Part shown: piece after piece, positions 36,572-50,244 of the stretch
How positions within the stretch are numbered: the stretch's first letter is position 1
Layout of the letters: the number at the start of each line of letters is the position of its first letter
The notes under the pieces: model-generated
What the model was told of the DNA's origin: nothing
The model's input: the letters and a program-made list of their open reading frames with translations, nothing else
The model's database searches: none
DNA from: Stegostoma tigrinum
Lineage: Eukaryota
DNA: 64,000 nucleotides
Direction: 5' to 3'
NCBI RefSeq assembly: GCF_030684315.1
Contig: NC_081358.1
Span: forward strand, 2,108,001-2,172,000
Position numbers and translations under genes: made by a program

Positions 36572-37584
36572 CTGCAAACAGAACTTGATGAATAGTTGCA
36601 GTAGCATAAAAACATTGCTCTGATTTTCTGTATTGGCTGGAAAATTACGTGGTGACTGGCTCAGGGTGTATAATGCAGTCGTTTGCAGAGCAAACATCAA
36701 TGTACTTGTGTGATGTGGTACTCGGCAGCCAACTGTCTTGAGACAGTGGACTATAGCTGTGGCATTTGTCACTTCTGGATTATGGGGTATTACCGAATTT
36801 TCATACTCTGTTTAGTATACCCAATGCTGAAGATATATCAAGCAACCAGGATTTGCTGCATTAACAGGAAATGATTGATTTATTCAGCAAGCCAAGCAGT
36901 ACGTATGGCAGAAGAAGTAGAATTAACATCTCTGGTAATAACGCTTTGTCGAAACTCATTTTAGATTGTTCACTTGGCTGAATGTCCAAATTCAAACCTC
37001 CAGTCAAGTTCAGGAAGTAGACTGGTAACGGTGACCTTACCATCACAGTGTGTAGGTATTTGTAGGCCATGCTTCACCTAGCACAATTCAAAAGTAAAAA
37101 CAATTTGACTCTAACTTAAGCTTTGGTCACTCTCTCATCACTCTTGTTTCATATGCACATTATTTTAAATCTGTGCCCCTTTTTTTGTTGTAAACGTTCT
37201 GCCCAATCTAGCCCTCATAAATTTGAAAACCTCTGTCAAATGTCACCCAGCCTCCCTTTGAAGGAGAACAATCTCAATTTTTCAATCTGTACTCCTAATT
37301 GAAGTGTCTCATTACTGGAACCATTCTTGTAAATTGCTTCTGTACTCTCTCCAGCACATGCACATTTTTTCTATGCTGTGGCACCCAGTACACAGCAGTC
37401 CAGCTGAGGTCTGACATGTGCCTTGTTCAAGTTCAACAGTACTTCTTTGCTCTTGTACTCTATGCCCTTATTAATAAAAGAGAACACTATGCTTTACTGT
37501 CTGGTTTATCTGCCTATCCTGCTCCCTTCAATGATAATACACAAATATTTATCCTGCATGATTTCATTACTGTTGCATTTTTTA

Positions 37585-37927
37585 AAAATTCATTCATGGG
37601 ATGAGGACGTTGCAGCATATATTGCCCATCCCTAATTGCCGGGAGGGCAGTTTAGAGTCAACCACATTGCTGTGGGTCTAGAGTCACATGTAGGCCAGAC
37701 CGGGTAGGATGGCAGTTTCTTCCCTAAACATCATTAGTGAACCAGATGGGTTTTCCTGACAGTCGACAATGGGTTTATGATCGTCATTAAATTCTTAATT
37801 CCAGATCTTTTTGTTGAATTCAAATTCCACCATCTGCCATGGCAGGATTTGAACCTGGGTCTCCAGAACGTAATCTGGGTCTCTAGATTAACAGTCCAGC
37901 AACAATACCACTAGGCCATTGCCTCCC
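37585..37927 (-). mobile_element. tRNA-derived SINE with CR1/L2-type tail
   Basis: Minus strand head GGAGGCAATGGCCTAGTGG (A box), GGTTCAAATCC (B box); tail GGGCAATATATGCTGC...ATCCCATGAATGAA. Confidence 0.8.
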
Positions 37928-38252
37928 TTACTACTGGCAGCAGGTTGCAAATAATGTTTGGAAAAGGGAATCCACATCGGAGCAGCCTTGGTCTTTAGGA
38001 ATAACTTCTTTCATGTTCCATGATGAGTGTGACCATTTTGCCATTGACTGTGAAGTCTGGGCCATAACGAGTCTTGACTGTTTTGAGGTGTCAGAAAGAA
38101 TCAGTTAAGGGTGGGAAATGGCAAAGTGCAAACATGTTAGATATAACATTGTTTTACAATGCTGCCCTCCTGGAAATAAAATTCTGTTAGATTTTCTGTT
38201 ATGGTTAGCCTGTGATAATCATCACTAACAATTATTTTTTCCTACCCCTCAG

Positions 38253-38315
38253 GGATTGGTTGCTTTTAGATCACGTCTTTGTACATATTGGCCACATTCT
38301 ATTGCATATTCATGG
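38253..38315 (+). CDS. dpy19l1l: DPY19L1-like exon 12 (GLVAFRSRLCTYWPHSIAYSW)
   Basis: CTAAC branch-like motif, CCCTCAG acceptor, TGG|GTAAGT donor; size and phase fit the variable loop ending in W. Confidence 0.85.
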
Positions 38316-40519
38316 GTAAGTTGCATTTTCTACAGCACACATGATATAATCTTTTTAAATGAATTAATCTCTAGTAGCATAATGTGCAGCTCCCCAGATT
38401 CTGACTTCAGAATGTAAAAATATAGGCTTGTATATTTTAATCCCCATTTTCCTGGAATTTAGAAGCAACACCACTCCTGAGATTGGCATCAGCTTATTTC
38501 AAATATACTAGTGGTGATGTGAGCTTGATTGTTTAAAATAGCCCAGTGATGGTCACAGTGACAACATTTCATCTTGTGGTGCAAACGATCAATATCACTG
38601 AAACAAATTACATAAATCCTGTATAAAAGGGCATATATCAAAATCACTTACTGATGGGTTCAAAATAATTTGCAAGGTAACATTTTTTACAAGTAGTATT
38701 TTCAATCCATTAACTATCAAATTATGATTTGTATAGACTTCAATGTGCTGAGCCTGTTTACAACTGTGCTTTTGGATGAGGGATCAGTTTTGTGTGACTA
38801 TTTCATGTTGCAACTCTTTTTCATGTCTATTTAGCTTTTTGAGAAATGATGGTAGAAGTTAGTTACCCGTTCATGTTCCAGCTTTAGGCAGTGTAACTGA
38901 GCTAACAGTGGGCACTTAAAAGGTGTATACGTGGGCATGCAAGATGCATTTTCATGCATGATTCTTATGAAGGAATGCATGGATGTAATAAAGGGATTCT
39001 TCCAGGTGCAGGGAACCATGCAATTTCAGGCATACATGATAATCTATTTAAGCTACCTAATAGTGTCAAGGACAACACTCTGTAACAATTAAATACATAT
39101 ACAGTGCTTTATTGGAAAAGGTGGATATCTTGGTTAATCTATTACAATGAGTAAATTAATTCTCTCTCTTGGACTTCCTGAGTTTGGAGTAATGGAGTTG
39201 ATACACGTGCCCTGATTACCATTTGTCATTATCTCCCTTGGTGCTGCAGTCTGCGCTGTACAGTGCCAGAATATATTGCTTCCCCAGGCATGCTATCTGA
39301 ACAATAGAGAATCTAGTGTGCTCTGTCTCACTATGACCCTTTGAGTCATTCTTGAATTGGTTACATAGAATTGACAATGGTGTTTTATGTCCCTTTTAAG
39401 CTTGCAACAAATCTTTGAATCCTATTTCATGTTCCCAAATGGCCAAGCTCTGAACAAGAAGCATTTCTAAAGCAGGATTACAGCCAAACTACTGAATAAT
39501 GCTGCCTTTATAAATTACAACAGTACTGATTGTTATAAAAGCGGGCAGGCATAAATGGCAGTCTGCCACACTTCATTCAAACTTCCACCCAGTGGGAAAT
39601 CCAAGCTGCAAAGTGTAGGGCAGTCGTTTGTACTGTTGACTGGACTGTCGTGCATATATTTATTTGCAGTATTTTTATTCCTTAGTTCTATGCTCTCTGG
39701 GAAAAATAAATCAAATCAATCATCAGATGAACGCAATCTTGAATCAATTTTAAAATTGCACATTTTCCAATGTTCCTGTGGAAAAGAAACAACACTGATA
39801 CACAGCTTCTCACCTCCATTGAAGGAAGTAAATGAGCAGGACAAGATGTTTGAGGCGTACAATGTTAATGACCTTATCAAAAGAGTAAACTGTAATGCTG
39901 AGTTTCCAAAAATCAAGCCAAAGCTTTCTGAGGATAGACATCAAAAGTTTTCAAAAGTACAGTGGTACATCACTATGGGAAACATTTTACAGGGGTACCT
40001 AATGGGGCAACACATTTTGGTCAGAAAAATTTCATTGGTGGACTAATGAAGGACTATAACGTGCTAGTCTCAATAAATTTATTTTCAAAGAAAGACTCTT
40101 TGCCTTTTTGATAAAGGGACCACTGATGGAAGCAGAATTACGAATTGTTTAAATCTCATTTTTGTTTTAGTTTAATTTTGCATCTTGAGAACTTGTGATA
40201 CTGTTATACTTTTGAAAAACTTTGTTATAATTTATGAAAAAATAGCTAGTTTGTTTCCATTAGTTCTTTGATCTTTCATTCTGTGATTACGCCTGTCTAT
40301 AATAGAATGAAACAGGAACTTAAGATCCAACTGAGGCTTTCACTTGTTTGTTTATTCTATAAAACACAACGCTGTTCTACAAAGATAAGTTGGTACATAA
40401 AGAATAAAAAGGCAGCCAACTGACAGCTGGTACCATTTAGGAACTAGGAAGATAGACTCTTACGTCAGGGCACCAGTTCAAAATTTACAAATGATGAAAA
40501 GGTTGCAGGTGTTGTGGTC

Positions 40520-41330
40520 ATGAAGTTGATGGTACTAAAAGTCAAAAGGATGTAGACTTGTAAGTGTGAGAAGGTAAATGGCAGATGAAATTTAATGCAG
40601 TGTAATGTGAAATGTTTCATTTTGGTGGAAATAATACAGAAAGGCTATATATTTAGTATGAGGGGTGCATACAGGAGTGGGGGCCCCAGGGTGTATTGTG
40701 CACAAATCATTGAAGATGGCTGAACAGGTTACAAGATTGAGTAATGAAGCTTACAGCATCCTCAGCTTTATTAGTAAGGGCATTGAGTACAATAGCAAGT
40801 TATGTTAAAATATTTATTTGGTCTCAGTCAGGGAATTGCTTACAGTTTTGGGTACCACATTTTAACAGTGATTTGAAAGTCTTGCAGAGGATGAAAAAAA
40901 ATTAATGAGAATGATTTGAGGGATGAAGAACTACAATTATGCAGAAAGGTGGAGAAGTTGGGCATTATTTTCTTTGTGGGGGGGGATGATTATAGGAGAT
41001 TTGATAAAATTATTGGACAGTAGGTAGGGAGAAACTGTTCCTGCTTGTGGGAAGATATTGAAGCAGAACACTTATGTATAAGGTAATTTGAACCAGAAAC
41101 AATGGCAGAATAAGGGCACGTTTCACACAGCAAGTAGTTAGGGTCTGGAATGCACAGTTAGCATCTGTGATGAAGGCAATTTCAAGTAATCATTCAAGAT
41201 GGAAATGAAAAGGGAAGACTGTGCTGGACTGCAAGCAGTAGGTGACACAGTGACAACAGGTGAATTGTTCCTTCACAGCCAGTACAGATGATAGGCTTAA
41301 AGGCTTTCTGTGCTGGAACCATTCTGTGAT
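40520..41330 (+). mobile_element. Old CR1 ORF2 C-terminal and 3' fragment
   Basis: WQMKFNA..CE-like, VHKSLKMA, ISKGIEY and RVWNA motifs, heavily decayed. Confidence 0.65.
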
Positions 41331-41371
41331 TGTGTAAACAGTAAACTCTCAATATTTGTATAATTTTGCAG

Positions 41372-41452
41372 GTGGCTAAAGGAGCTGTCTGGCTTCTTGG
41401 AACTGTAGCGCTCAAATTCGTTGCTTCTAAGTTATTAGGAGTTGCAGATGAT
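41372..41452 (+). CDS. dpy19l1l: DPY19L1-like exon 13 (VAKGAVWLLGTVALKFVASKLLGVADD)
   Basis: TTTTGCAG acceptor, GAT|GTAAGT donor. Confidence 0.94.
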
Positions 41453-42175
41453 GTAAGTATCTATCTATTTTAGGAAAGATATGTAAGAGCTACTACCTTG
41501 CAATCATGTGTTAGGAGATGTAGGTAGATTCTTGGCTAGCAGAGGTAAGTGCTCTAGAAGCGATTAAGTTTTGGTAGATTTTCTGTCAGTCGTTCATCCT
41601 GTCATTCCAAATGAATAACCCTTTGTCCAAGTGCAGAAAAAAAATATACAATGTGCTATTGCCTGTTGAAATGATTTAGCAAAATGGAGAACAACAATGG
41701 TCTTGTAAACTTCCCAAATATCTACAGCTAGCAGTGTCCATTCTGGGAATTTTGATGGGTTATTTCACTGATTTTCCAAGGGTGTAAAGGGTGAGTTGGG
41801 AGTGAAAATTGATGAATATACCCAGATCTCCTGTTAGTTGTCTTTGTCATCAATTATGCCTAGATCATGACTGGCCACATGTTCATAACCTTTCGTCACA
41901 TTTTTCAGGCAGTTTTCTTCTTGTTTGTAAGTTAGTTTGGATTTACTTAAGAGAAGTCACCTTGTGGCAAAGGTGAACTTGCAGTCATTAATAATGGTTT
42001 TCAAACTTGAAGTACACTTTCTTTCAGGTCACTTGATATGTGTATTGTTTTTCTGTTTGTTTCCCACATCAGTTTGTTCCAAGTTTTAATCTATGTTGTG
42101 ATCAATTTTAAGACTAATGTATTGTCGCCTTGTGCTCATTAATTTCTCTAGCCATATGTTTCCTTTTATTTCCAG

Positions 42176-42277
42176 GCGCACATAAGTAATCTACTAAAAT
42201 CTAAGTTCACCAGTTACAAGGATTTTGACACGTTGATGTACACGTGTGCTGTGGAGTTTGATTTCATGGAAATTGAG
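42176..42277 (+). CDS. dpy19l1l: DPY19L1-like exon 14 ([34 protein letters not shown])
   Basis: TTTCCAG acceptor, GAG|GTACTT donor; strongly conserved motif. Confidence 0.96.
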
Positions 42278-45200
42278 GTACTTTTTTAAGTATGTAAAAT
42301 AGATTGATGTGAACATTGAGATGTCAGTCAACAGTGAATAGGGTGGAAACTATGGATCACATCCATATTAACCCTGTAGGCTAGTCAGACACTTGTGTAA
42401 GTGTGGAAATATCAACTGAAAGAGTGAGGACAAGGGATACTGGCTTGTTTAGCAAAGCATCCCAAGAAGCGGGTGAAATGATGACTTTTAAGGAGGCCCT
42501 GTGAGTGGCCTCTTGTAACCATGCTGTCAGCTGTAGTGCTAGCAGCCATATGTATCCATTCTCTGTATCGTAACTGTCTAAGTTAGTATGCTGCACATCA
42601 ACCCTGCTATTCCTGCACCTGTCACAAAAACTAAAGATTTTTAACGGTACGCAAAGATTCCTGACTTATCTGATTTTTAAGGCCCAAGTTGACATGTTTC
42701 TGACCTAACAAGAATTATGATTTATTACACTTAGTTACTCTGGTTATTAACCATCAGCAATAACTCCACTAATTAAAAGTCTAATCCCTAACGCATGCAC
42801 ACCTACACAAATATAGGTAGTGTGTTACGGATGAAAAGAAAACAGAGACAGCAGTGTAGATTTTGTTGCTCACAGAATTTGTTGAGATGGATCAAGTGCT
42901 GATCAGAATACCGCTTTTTAGTCTTGCTTTTTCTAGTTCACAAATTACTGGTATAAAAGGTGACTTATCAACTAAAAGTTGCAATGCAAAGCAGCTGCTG
43001 AAGGAAACAGGATTTCATCAGACTTAACGTGCCTTTTACTACAGAGAACAGAGATAGCACCTAAGCTGGTGGTGGTTGATGCTTCTTCCTGTATTATCTT
43101 CACAGCTGTAAGCTGCTCAGCTTTCTGAGACCCATTCATATAAATATTGGGAGGCAGGAGACCTTTTGTATTGGTTTGTGGACTGGTGACCAGTTACCAA
43201 TCTGCTACTTATGGCCAACCAAAGCTCCACTTTTGTACATCGTCTGTCAGCTCCAGTTTGTCTGGAGCCAATAGTGGCCCACAGCTATACAAACAGTGTT
43301 CACAATGAGTATTGAGCTACATGCTTTCAAACCTTGCAGCAAGCCTTCCTGGTTTTAAAGACGTGATTTTTACTTTAGCAGAGGGTCGGTCAGTCTAAGA
43401 GCCCTGTGTATCAACTGTCCATAGTAGTGATGTCAGGCTAAGAGGCAAGGAATCCAGTACACATTGCTGTGTACACATTTTCACTTTGCTGTCAGGTTAG
43501 GAGGGCCATACACCCACTTTATGGAGCAATGTCATCAGGTGAAGCAGGTTGATCTTTGGAATAATTTATCAGTCTGAAGAAAAATACCGTAAAGTTTATT
43601 TAACAAGTTTTAATCTCTGCAGATATTTGGCCAATGTCATTCTGGAAACTGCTTTTCTTTAAAAAAAAGGTGTTTTTGTGAAATGCTCAATGCATTGGTT
43701 TGGATTCCATTATCTACAGGGGATTAGCCTATTGAATTTACAGGGAGGGTGGTTTCACTCTATTGTGTATACTCACTTTTCAGTTATTTTATTGATGCAA
43801 AGGGCCATCACTGAAGTCCACATGTAATTTATATATCCACTCTGTCAATGAATATGTTCAAGACTGAGTTTGATATACGTACGGCTACTAACGTAATCGA
43901 GAGATATGAGTCTCCATAATCCTATTAAATGCCAGAGGAGGTTCAAGGAGCTGCGTAGCCAATTCCTGCTCAATTGCATGTTGTTTCATTAGGTTAACAA
44001 GGCAGCTGAGTGAGAGAAAACGTTGTGCTTCCCTTTCATTTTCTTTGGCACTTACAGTCTGTCTATTAGTAAACAAAGGAATCTAAACACTTGCCATGTA
44101 CTAATAGACTTGCGGGTGAAGAGGAATAAGTAAGTGATAGAAAGCCTGGTGTTCTTCCTTGATGCGTGGGCCCAAGTTGAACAGATCATCTGGAAAGGGT
44201 TTTTTACTGGATAGTTTCTCTCTGAACAAATTGGAAAATATTCTTTGGAGTTCAGGAAAATGAAAGGTGATTTTCAGTTTTATTTAATGGTTCTGAATGA
44301 GCTTAACAAATTAGATATTGAAATATTGTTTACTGCTGGCTTAGAATCTAGAACATGTAGGCACAATCTCTGAATAATGACCTTTTAAGATTGAGATGAG
44401 AAATTTCTTTGCTCAGATTTGGTGAACCTTTTGGGATTCTTTATTCTAGAGGCTGATGGATACTCTATCATTGAATATATTCAAGACAGAAGGCTTTTTT
44501 TGTCTTAGGAAAGGATAAGGGAAATGGGCAAGAAAGTGGAGTTCAGGCAGAAAATCTGCCATGATCTGTATTTGGCAAAGTGGGCTCAAGGGAAAGGATG
44601 GTGTACTAATTTTCTTCACCTTCATCTTATCTGCCTATCTTCCTGTAAATTCTACAGAGTGTAGCCAATGATTCTCTTGTCTGCACTTCCTTGCCTCAGG
44701 GGTTTCTTGGAGATCCTGAGAACATTGCCCATTATGACTTCATAATCCTCAAAGCTGACAAAGTTGACACTATTGATGTCTTTCAAAATGCCCCTCAACT
44801 TGCCCGGATGAAGTTCATTGACCCCAGAGGGAACAATTAGGACAGCAAGAAGTAACACCAGATGAAGAAAGTGTCTCTGAGAGAAAACCAAATGAGTTAA
44901 GGAAATGAAAGATTCACATGCATTTCTTGGATTCCGATAGTTCTTTGGGTAAAAGGTACATTTATTGTATGATGGAATATCAATCATTTTAGAACCATAG
45001 CTTAGATGTCAGAAGTTTGCACCCCATAGGCAATATAGAAAACCCAACAATGAACAGCTGTTTAAGCATATGGAGTGGGTATATTCTCATACCAGCAATT
45101 TGGTTATACAGTGGTGCCTGGAAATTGAGTAATAATACCATGTTGAAACTCAGGCTCCTATTGCACTTATTTGGTTGTGATTTGGAATGTTTGGATATTG

Positions 45201-45741
45201 CTATTTCAGTTTGGCTGGATTGTTTCTCCTTTTTGCGATGATGGCTTCTCTGCCTGTTCTGAAAATTGGTTGTTGTGCAACATGAGATTTGAGTTGGTCA
45301 TGTGATACTCTCAAAGTTAAGAAGACTTTAAGGGGTTCCTGTGCCTCCCAGCTTGAGTGATGGGCCTAAACTAATGTGTATGATTGATCCTCCTGAAACT
45401 GTGATCTAGCTCTACTCAGTAAGCCCACCCAGGCTTTCTGAGTAATTGAATGACCTAATATTTTCAGGTTGTTAATTTATATTCTGACCATGATACCTGA
45501 AATAGTCTCAAATGTAATTGGGTTTAAAAGTCCATTTGCAATATTTGCCCTGGTTTTTAATCTTTCTTTGTGAGAGTTGAGAAGGGCTTGTGATGTAAAA
45601 GCCTCAGGTTAATTCTGTAAGTCTGACTTGCGTCTGCAGCTCCGGCTCCTGAACTTATCCTAGCTTTTCATAACTGGTTTCAGGTAATTTAGCAGAAAGT
45701 AGTAGTTGTTATTAATCTGTCTTTTTATTTCTTGCTTTTAG

Positions 45742-45813
45742 ACTCCTCTGAGGTACACTAAAACCTTATTACTTCCAGTGACTGCCTGCATTTTTTCTGT
45801 TATAGCTTCAAGG
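45742..45813 (+). CDS. dpy19l1l: DPY19L1-like exon 15 (TPLRYTKTLLLPVTACIFSVIASR)
   Basis: CTTTTAG acceptor, AGG|GTAAGT donor; conserved TPLRY.KTLLLP. Confidence 0.95.
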
Positions 45814-46674
45814 GTAAGTTCTATAATTTTTTTTATATTTTGGTTGATTTGAGAATTACATTTATATAACTAAAATGATTCCTGATCTTGCTTTTTTTCT
45901 AATCTTTAACAATTATTTGTCTAACCCAATTTAAATATTACGGGCAACACAGTCAAGGACATGACATCAGGTAACTCATTACTCCTCCCCATTGCCTGGT
46001 TGGAACTGGAGCATCAGTGAGCAGCCTACTATCCCAGGATATTAACAGACCCAGTACAGTTTATTGAAGGCTGTCAATAACTGATTAATGTTGAGCTGCA
46101 GAAATCATTTTCACATGATGGTCAATGTCAAACTGAGGACAAAGGTTCGCTGTTTCAACAAATGTCTTTTTTTTAATGCAGTTACACACAAATTTTCAAA
46201 AATTGCAATATCACTTGCTAAATCTCATGCACAGTAATTTGTGTTAGCTGCAGCACAAAAGCAGAATGGGTTGGGGCCATTGTGATGTTTTTATTTGAAT
46301 CATCCATCAGCCTTCATTCTGAACTGTACCTTCAACCTTGTTCTCCGATCAACAGTTTTTGTTACACTTTTTTGTACTTGAAGGAGAAATTCTTTTTCAT
46401 CATTGATCAGCTTTGTTTCCCTTTTCTGAGACTAGCAAACATTCCTATCCCGACGGATGTACCCTCACAGCACTGGAACTGCTGTAACAAGTGACGGTTT
46501 GCATAATGAATTGAACTTCATCTCTTTTTGTTTCCTTCTCTGTTCATAAAAAAGTAATGTTGACCACAGTCCCCTGCAGCACTGACAAACTTTCCTTCAT
46601 TAGACCGAATAGATTGTGTGTTCCCATGAGAAGTTTTTACCTAATCAAAAAGAGCCAACATGAATTTTTAGAGG

Positions 46675-46818
46675 AAAAAAAAACAAAAGAACTGCAGATG
46701 CTGTAAATCAAGAAGAAAAACAAAGTTGCTGGAAAAACTCACTAGGTCTGGCAGCATCTGTAAAGGAGAAAACAGAGTTAACGTTTCCTCGAACTGAGGA
46801 AGGGTCACCGGACCCGAA
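46675..46818. mobile_element. Mini Penelope insertion, family B (inverted tail-bearing pseudo-LTR end plus truncated hammerhead core)
   Basis: Reverse complement of the family B end and tail, then CTGAGGAAGGGTCACCGGACCCGAAA; TSD ATGAATTTTTAGAGG / ATGAACTTTTAGAGG at 46660-46674 and 46819-46833. Confidence 0.8.
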
Positions 46819-47429
46819 ATGAACTTTTAGAGGGTAGCTTATGCTTAACCAATCTTATGGAAGTTTTGAAGAAGTGAGTAATTGACAGAAAGATGCCTAT
46901 GGAAACTATTTATACAGACTTTAAGAAATTACTTCATATGGTCTCCTGTAAGAGACTGCTAGCTAAGGGTGAAGTTCATATAATTAAAGATCTACTTGGG
47001 AATTTGGCTGCGTACGAAGTAGTTGAATAAGTGTAACGGTAATGAGCTACTTAATTTAACAGTACATGACTCGTGATGTCATACATTCATCTGTATTTGA
47101 ATCCGAAGTGATTTGTTATTAGTTTAAATTATTGGGTATATCCAAGACTCTTGGTAGTTTAGAACTTGAGTATTGCCGAAAGAAAGAGATGTGCTGTTGA
47201 AGCCTTTCATCTTGCAGTCTTTAGGGCAGGACTGCAAAAGTACCAAATCACAAAGGGAAGAACCATTTGTACTGGATAAGAAGAGGGTGCTGATTTGTTG
47301 ACAGGTAAACTCTGGTAGAGGTACTGCAGTGGAGAATGCACCAGGGAGCAGACAACTGCTTTGAAAACTTGGCAGTTAACTATATAAGGATGTGTGTAAT
47401 GATCTCAAATTGAAAGAAAAACTGTACAA

Positions 47430-50230
47430 ATTTACAAAGATTAGTGGTAAATTAAGAGATTGGCAAAGAATGACTAAAATGATAAAGAGGCAGGCAGCAG
47501 ATTATGAAAGAAAGCTAGTAATATAAAAACAGATGGTAAGAATATCTAAAAGTACTTGAACAGAATGCTGGTGTTGGCCCTCTGGAAAGAGAGCATGAGA
47601 AGTTAGATAATGGAAGAAGGAAATGACAGAGGCTTATTTGTCTGCCTTCATGGTAGAAGGATTCAGGAAATCAAATTCAAGAGGTGATGGGGAGGAATGA
47701 AGTAAAACTATACCAACACCAGAAAAAACACGCTAGTGAAACAATTGAGCCTGAAGGTTGATTAGTTCCCAAGATAGCCTGCAATGAAGAGTCATAAAAT
47801 AAGTCGAGTACATTCAGGCCTGGTAAATGGATAGAAAAAACCTTTGGAAGGATATGGGCCAATTATAGATAAATGAGTTGAGTTCAGTTTAGAAACCAGG
47901 TCTGTTGAAACCAGGTCTGTTTCCATGCTGTCTGACTCTTAAGTGGCAGTACAGATAGTAGATGCATCTTCTACAGTTCTTTCAGATTATGGAAGGGTCC
48001 TGGCAGATTGGAAAATAATAAACGATCAAGCAGAGTCAACATGGTTTTGTAAAAAACATTGTCTTCTAACTAATCAATTGAGATTTTTGGTGAAGTAACA
48101 TCCTCGCTGGATAGGGGGGCTTTAGTAGAAGTGGCCTACTTTGGTTTTTGCAAAAAGCATTTGGTACGGTTGCTGCCCAAGATACAGACATGTGATTTAG
48201 GTGTAACAGATTTACATGGCAAAATAATTGGTTGCCTGACAGAAAGTAGACAGTAGGAACAAATCAGTCTCTTTCAAGTTGGTAAGCTGTAGCTGGTGGA
48301 AAACCGCAGGGATCAGTGCTGGATCCTCAGCCATTTCCAATCTACATAAGTGTTTTGAATGAAAGGATCAAATATATGGTCGCTAAATTTGGCAATGACA
48401 GCAAGTTGGATATAATAGTAAGTTATCTCGCTTCCACATGTGAACCACCCTCTGTGTTTTTTAAAAAATCTGCCCCTTGTGTTGTTTTTTTACATCTATC
48501 TCCTCTGATCTTAAAAATATGCCCTCTGATTTGAAATCCCCAATTCAATTATATCTATAGCCACAATGAACCCTATCTATGCCCCTCATGGTTTTATAAA
48601 CTTTTATATAAGGTCACTTCACAACCTTCTATGCTCCAGTGAAATAAGTCCCAGCCTTTCTTTATAACTAGACTTTCCATATCCGCAACTTCCTGGTAAA
48701 TCTCTTCTGCACCCTCTCCAGTTTAATAATATCCTTCCTATAAGCTCACATTGAAACACATGTTCTTTAGCCAAAAATGTATGTTTACCCAATCGAGCTT
48801 GGCCAACATTCACCTTCCCATGCCATGCTCATTCAAGTTCTTCGATATGCCTCCATTGCCCCACTCCCCCGCTGCAAACTTCTTGGTGCCCTTCATGTTT
48901 TGAAGCTCCATGTACCTTCATTTTGCTTTGCTTTGTTCATCTTGGCAGTGTGGAGGAACAGAGGGATCTTGGTGTGCAGATACATAGATCCCTTAAAATG
49001 GCCACCCAAGTGGACAGGGTTGTTGAGAAAGCATATGGTGTTTTGGCTTTCATTAACAGGGGGATTGGGTTTAAGAGTCGTGAGATCTTGTTGCTGCTCT
49101 ATAAAACTTTGGTTAGACCGCACTTGGAATACTGCGTCCAGTTCTGGTCGACCTATTAGAGGAAAGATGTGGATGCTTTGGAGAGGGTTCAGAAGAGGTT
49201 TACCAGGATGCTGCCTGGACTGGAGGACTTATCTTATGAAGAGAGGTTGACTGAGCTCGGTCTCTTTTCATTGGAGAAAAGGAGGAGGAGAGGGGACCTA
49301 ATTGAGGTATACAAGATAATGAGAGGCATAGATAGAGTTGATAGCCAGAGACTATTTCCCAGGGCAGAAATGGTTAGCACGAGGGGTCATAGTTTTAAGC
49401 TGGTTGGAGGAAAGTATAGAGGGGATGTCAGAGGCGGGTTCTTTACACAGAGAGTTGTGAGAGCATGAAATGCGTTGCCAGCAGCAGTTGTGGAAGCAAG
49501 GTCATTGGGGACATTTAAGAGACTGCTGGACATGCATATGGTCACAGATATTTGAGGGTGCATACATGAGGATCAATGGTCGGCACAACATTGTGGGCTG
49601 AAGGGCCTGTTCTGTGCTGTACTGTTCTATGTTCTATGAATATAGACAGATAAATGATTGCCAAAAATTGGCAGATCGAGTACAATGGGATAAAAGTGAA
49701 CATACTAGTTAAATAGAGAGAGTATACAGGATTCTGTGGGATCTAAGGGCCCTAGTCACTGTTTTCTCTAAGCTGTGTGGTCTGCTGCCACTAAGCACAT
49801 GCCTTGGACAATGGGCTGAACTTATGAAAAAAGGATGAGTGGATTTAGCTCATATCTGTTGGGGTTTAGAAATGAGATGCAATGTTATTGAAGCATATAA
49901 AATCTTGAGGTATGTAGGATGGAACCAGACAATTTTTCCTTGTGGGAGAGATTAAAACAGGTGGACAATTTAAGAATAATAGTCCCTTTTTAATACAGAG
50001 ATGAGAATTATTTTCTCATAAAGCATTGTAAAAGTGTGAATATATCTTCCTCAGACGGCATGGAAGCTGGGCCTTTCAATTTATTCATGGCTGAGCTAGA
50101 TTTTTGGTGGACAAGTGTGTCAGTTGTGATGGAATACAGACAGGAAATTGTAGCTGAGACCACAGCAAGAATGGATTTTATTAAATGATGGAGCAGGTTT
50201 GAAAGGACAAATGGCCTGTTCCTGTTCCTG
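47430..50230 (+). mobile_element. Old CR1 ORF2 remnant interrupted at 48425-49640 by younger CR1 insertions
   Basis: PQGSVL and AKFGNDSKL (degenerate FADD) up to ~48424, resuming at ~49640 with IDR...WQIEYN-like sequence. Confidence 0.6.
48945..49638 (+). mobile_element. CR1 (HER1-like) LINE 3' portion
   Basis: ORFs 48923..49159 and 49169..49468 (QRDLGVQIHRSLK, LYKTLVRPHLEYCVQFW, ALERVQKRFTRMLPG); tail TGTTCTATGTTCTATG. Confidence 0.93.
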
Positions 50231-50244
50231 CTTTTAAATTCAAC

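Larger units (their letters stand above)
4369..45813 (+). other. dpy19l1l: DPY19L1-family protein C-mannosyltransferase gene (probably dpy19l1l paralog), 5' 15 coding exons; 3' exons not identified
   Basis: Fifteen GT-AG exons splice in frame to 483 codons. Hallmark DPY19 motifs are present: [85 protein letters not shown]. The paralog assignment is from recalled similarity to fish dpy19l1l and is less certain than the family call. Confidence 0.93.

Noticed and set aside
39555-40046. 163-aa ORF in intron 12
   Set aside because: No recognisable domain or convincing splice structure; likely a chance ORF in AT-rich DNA.
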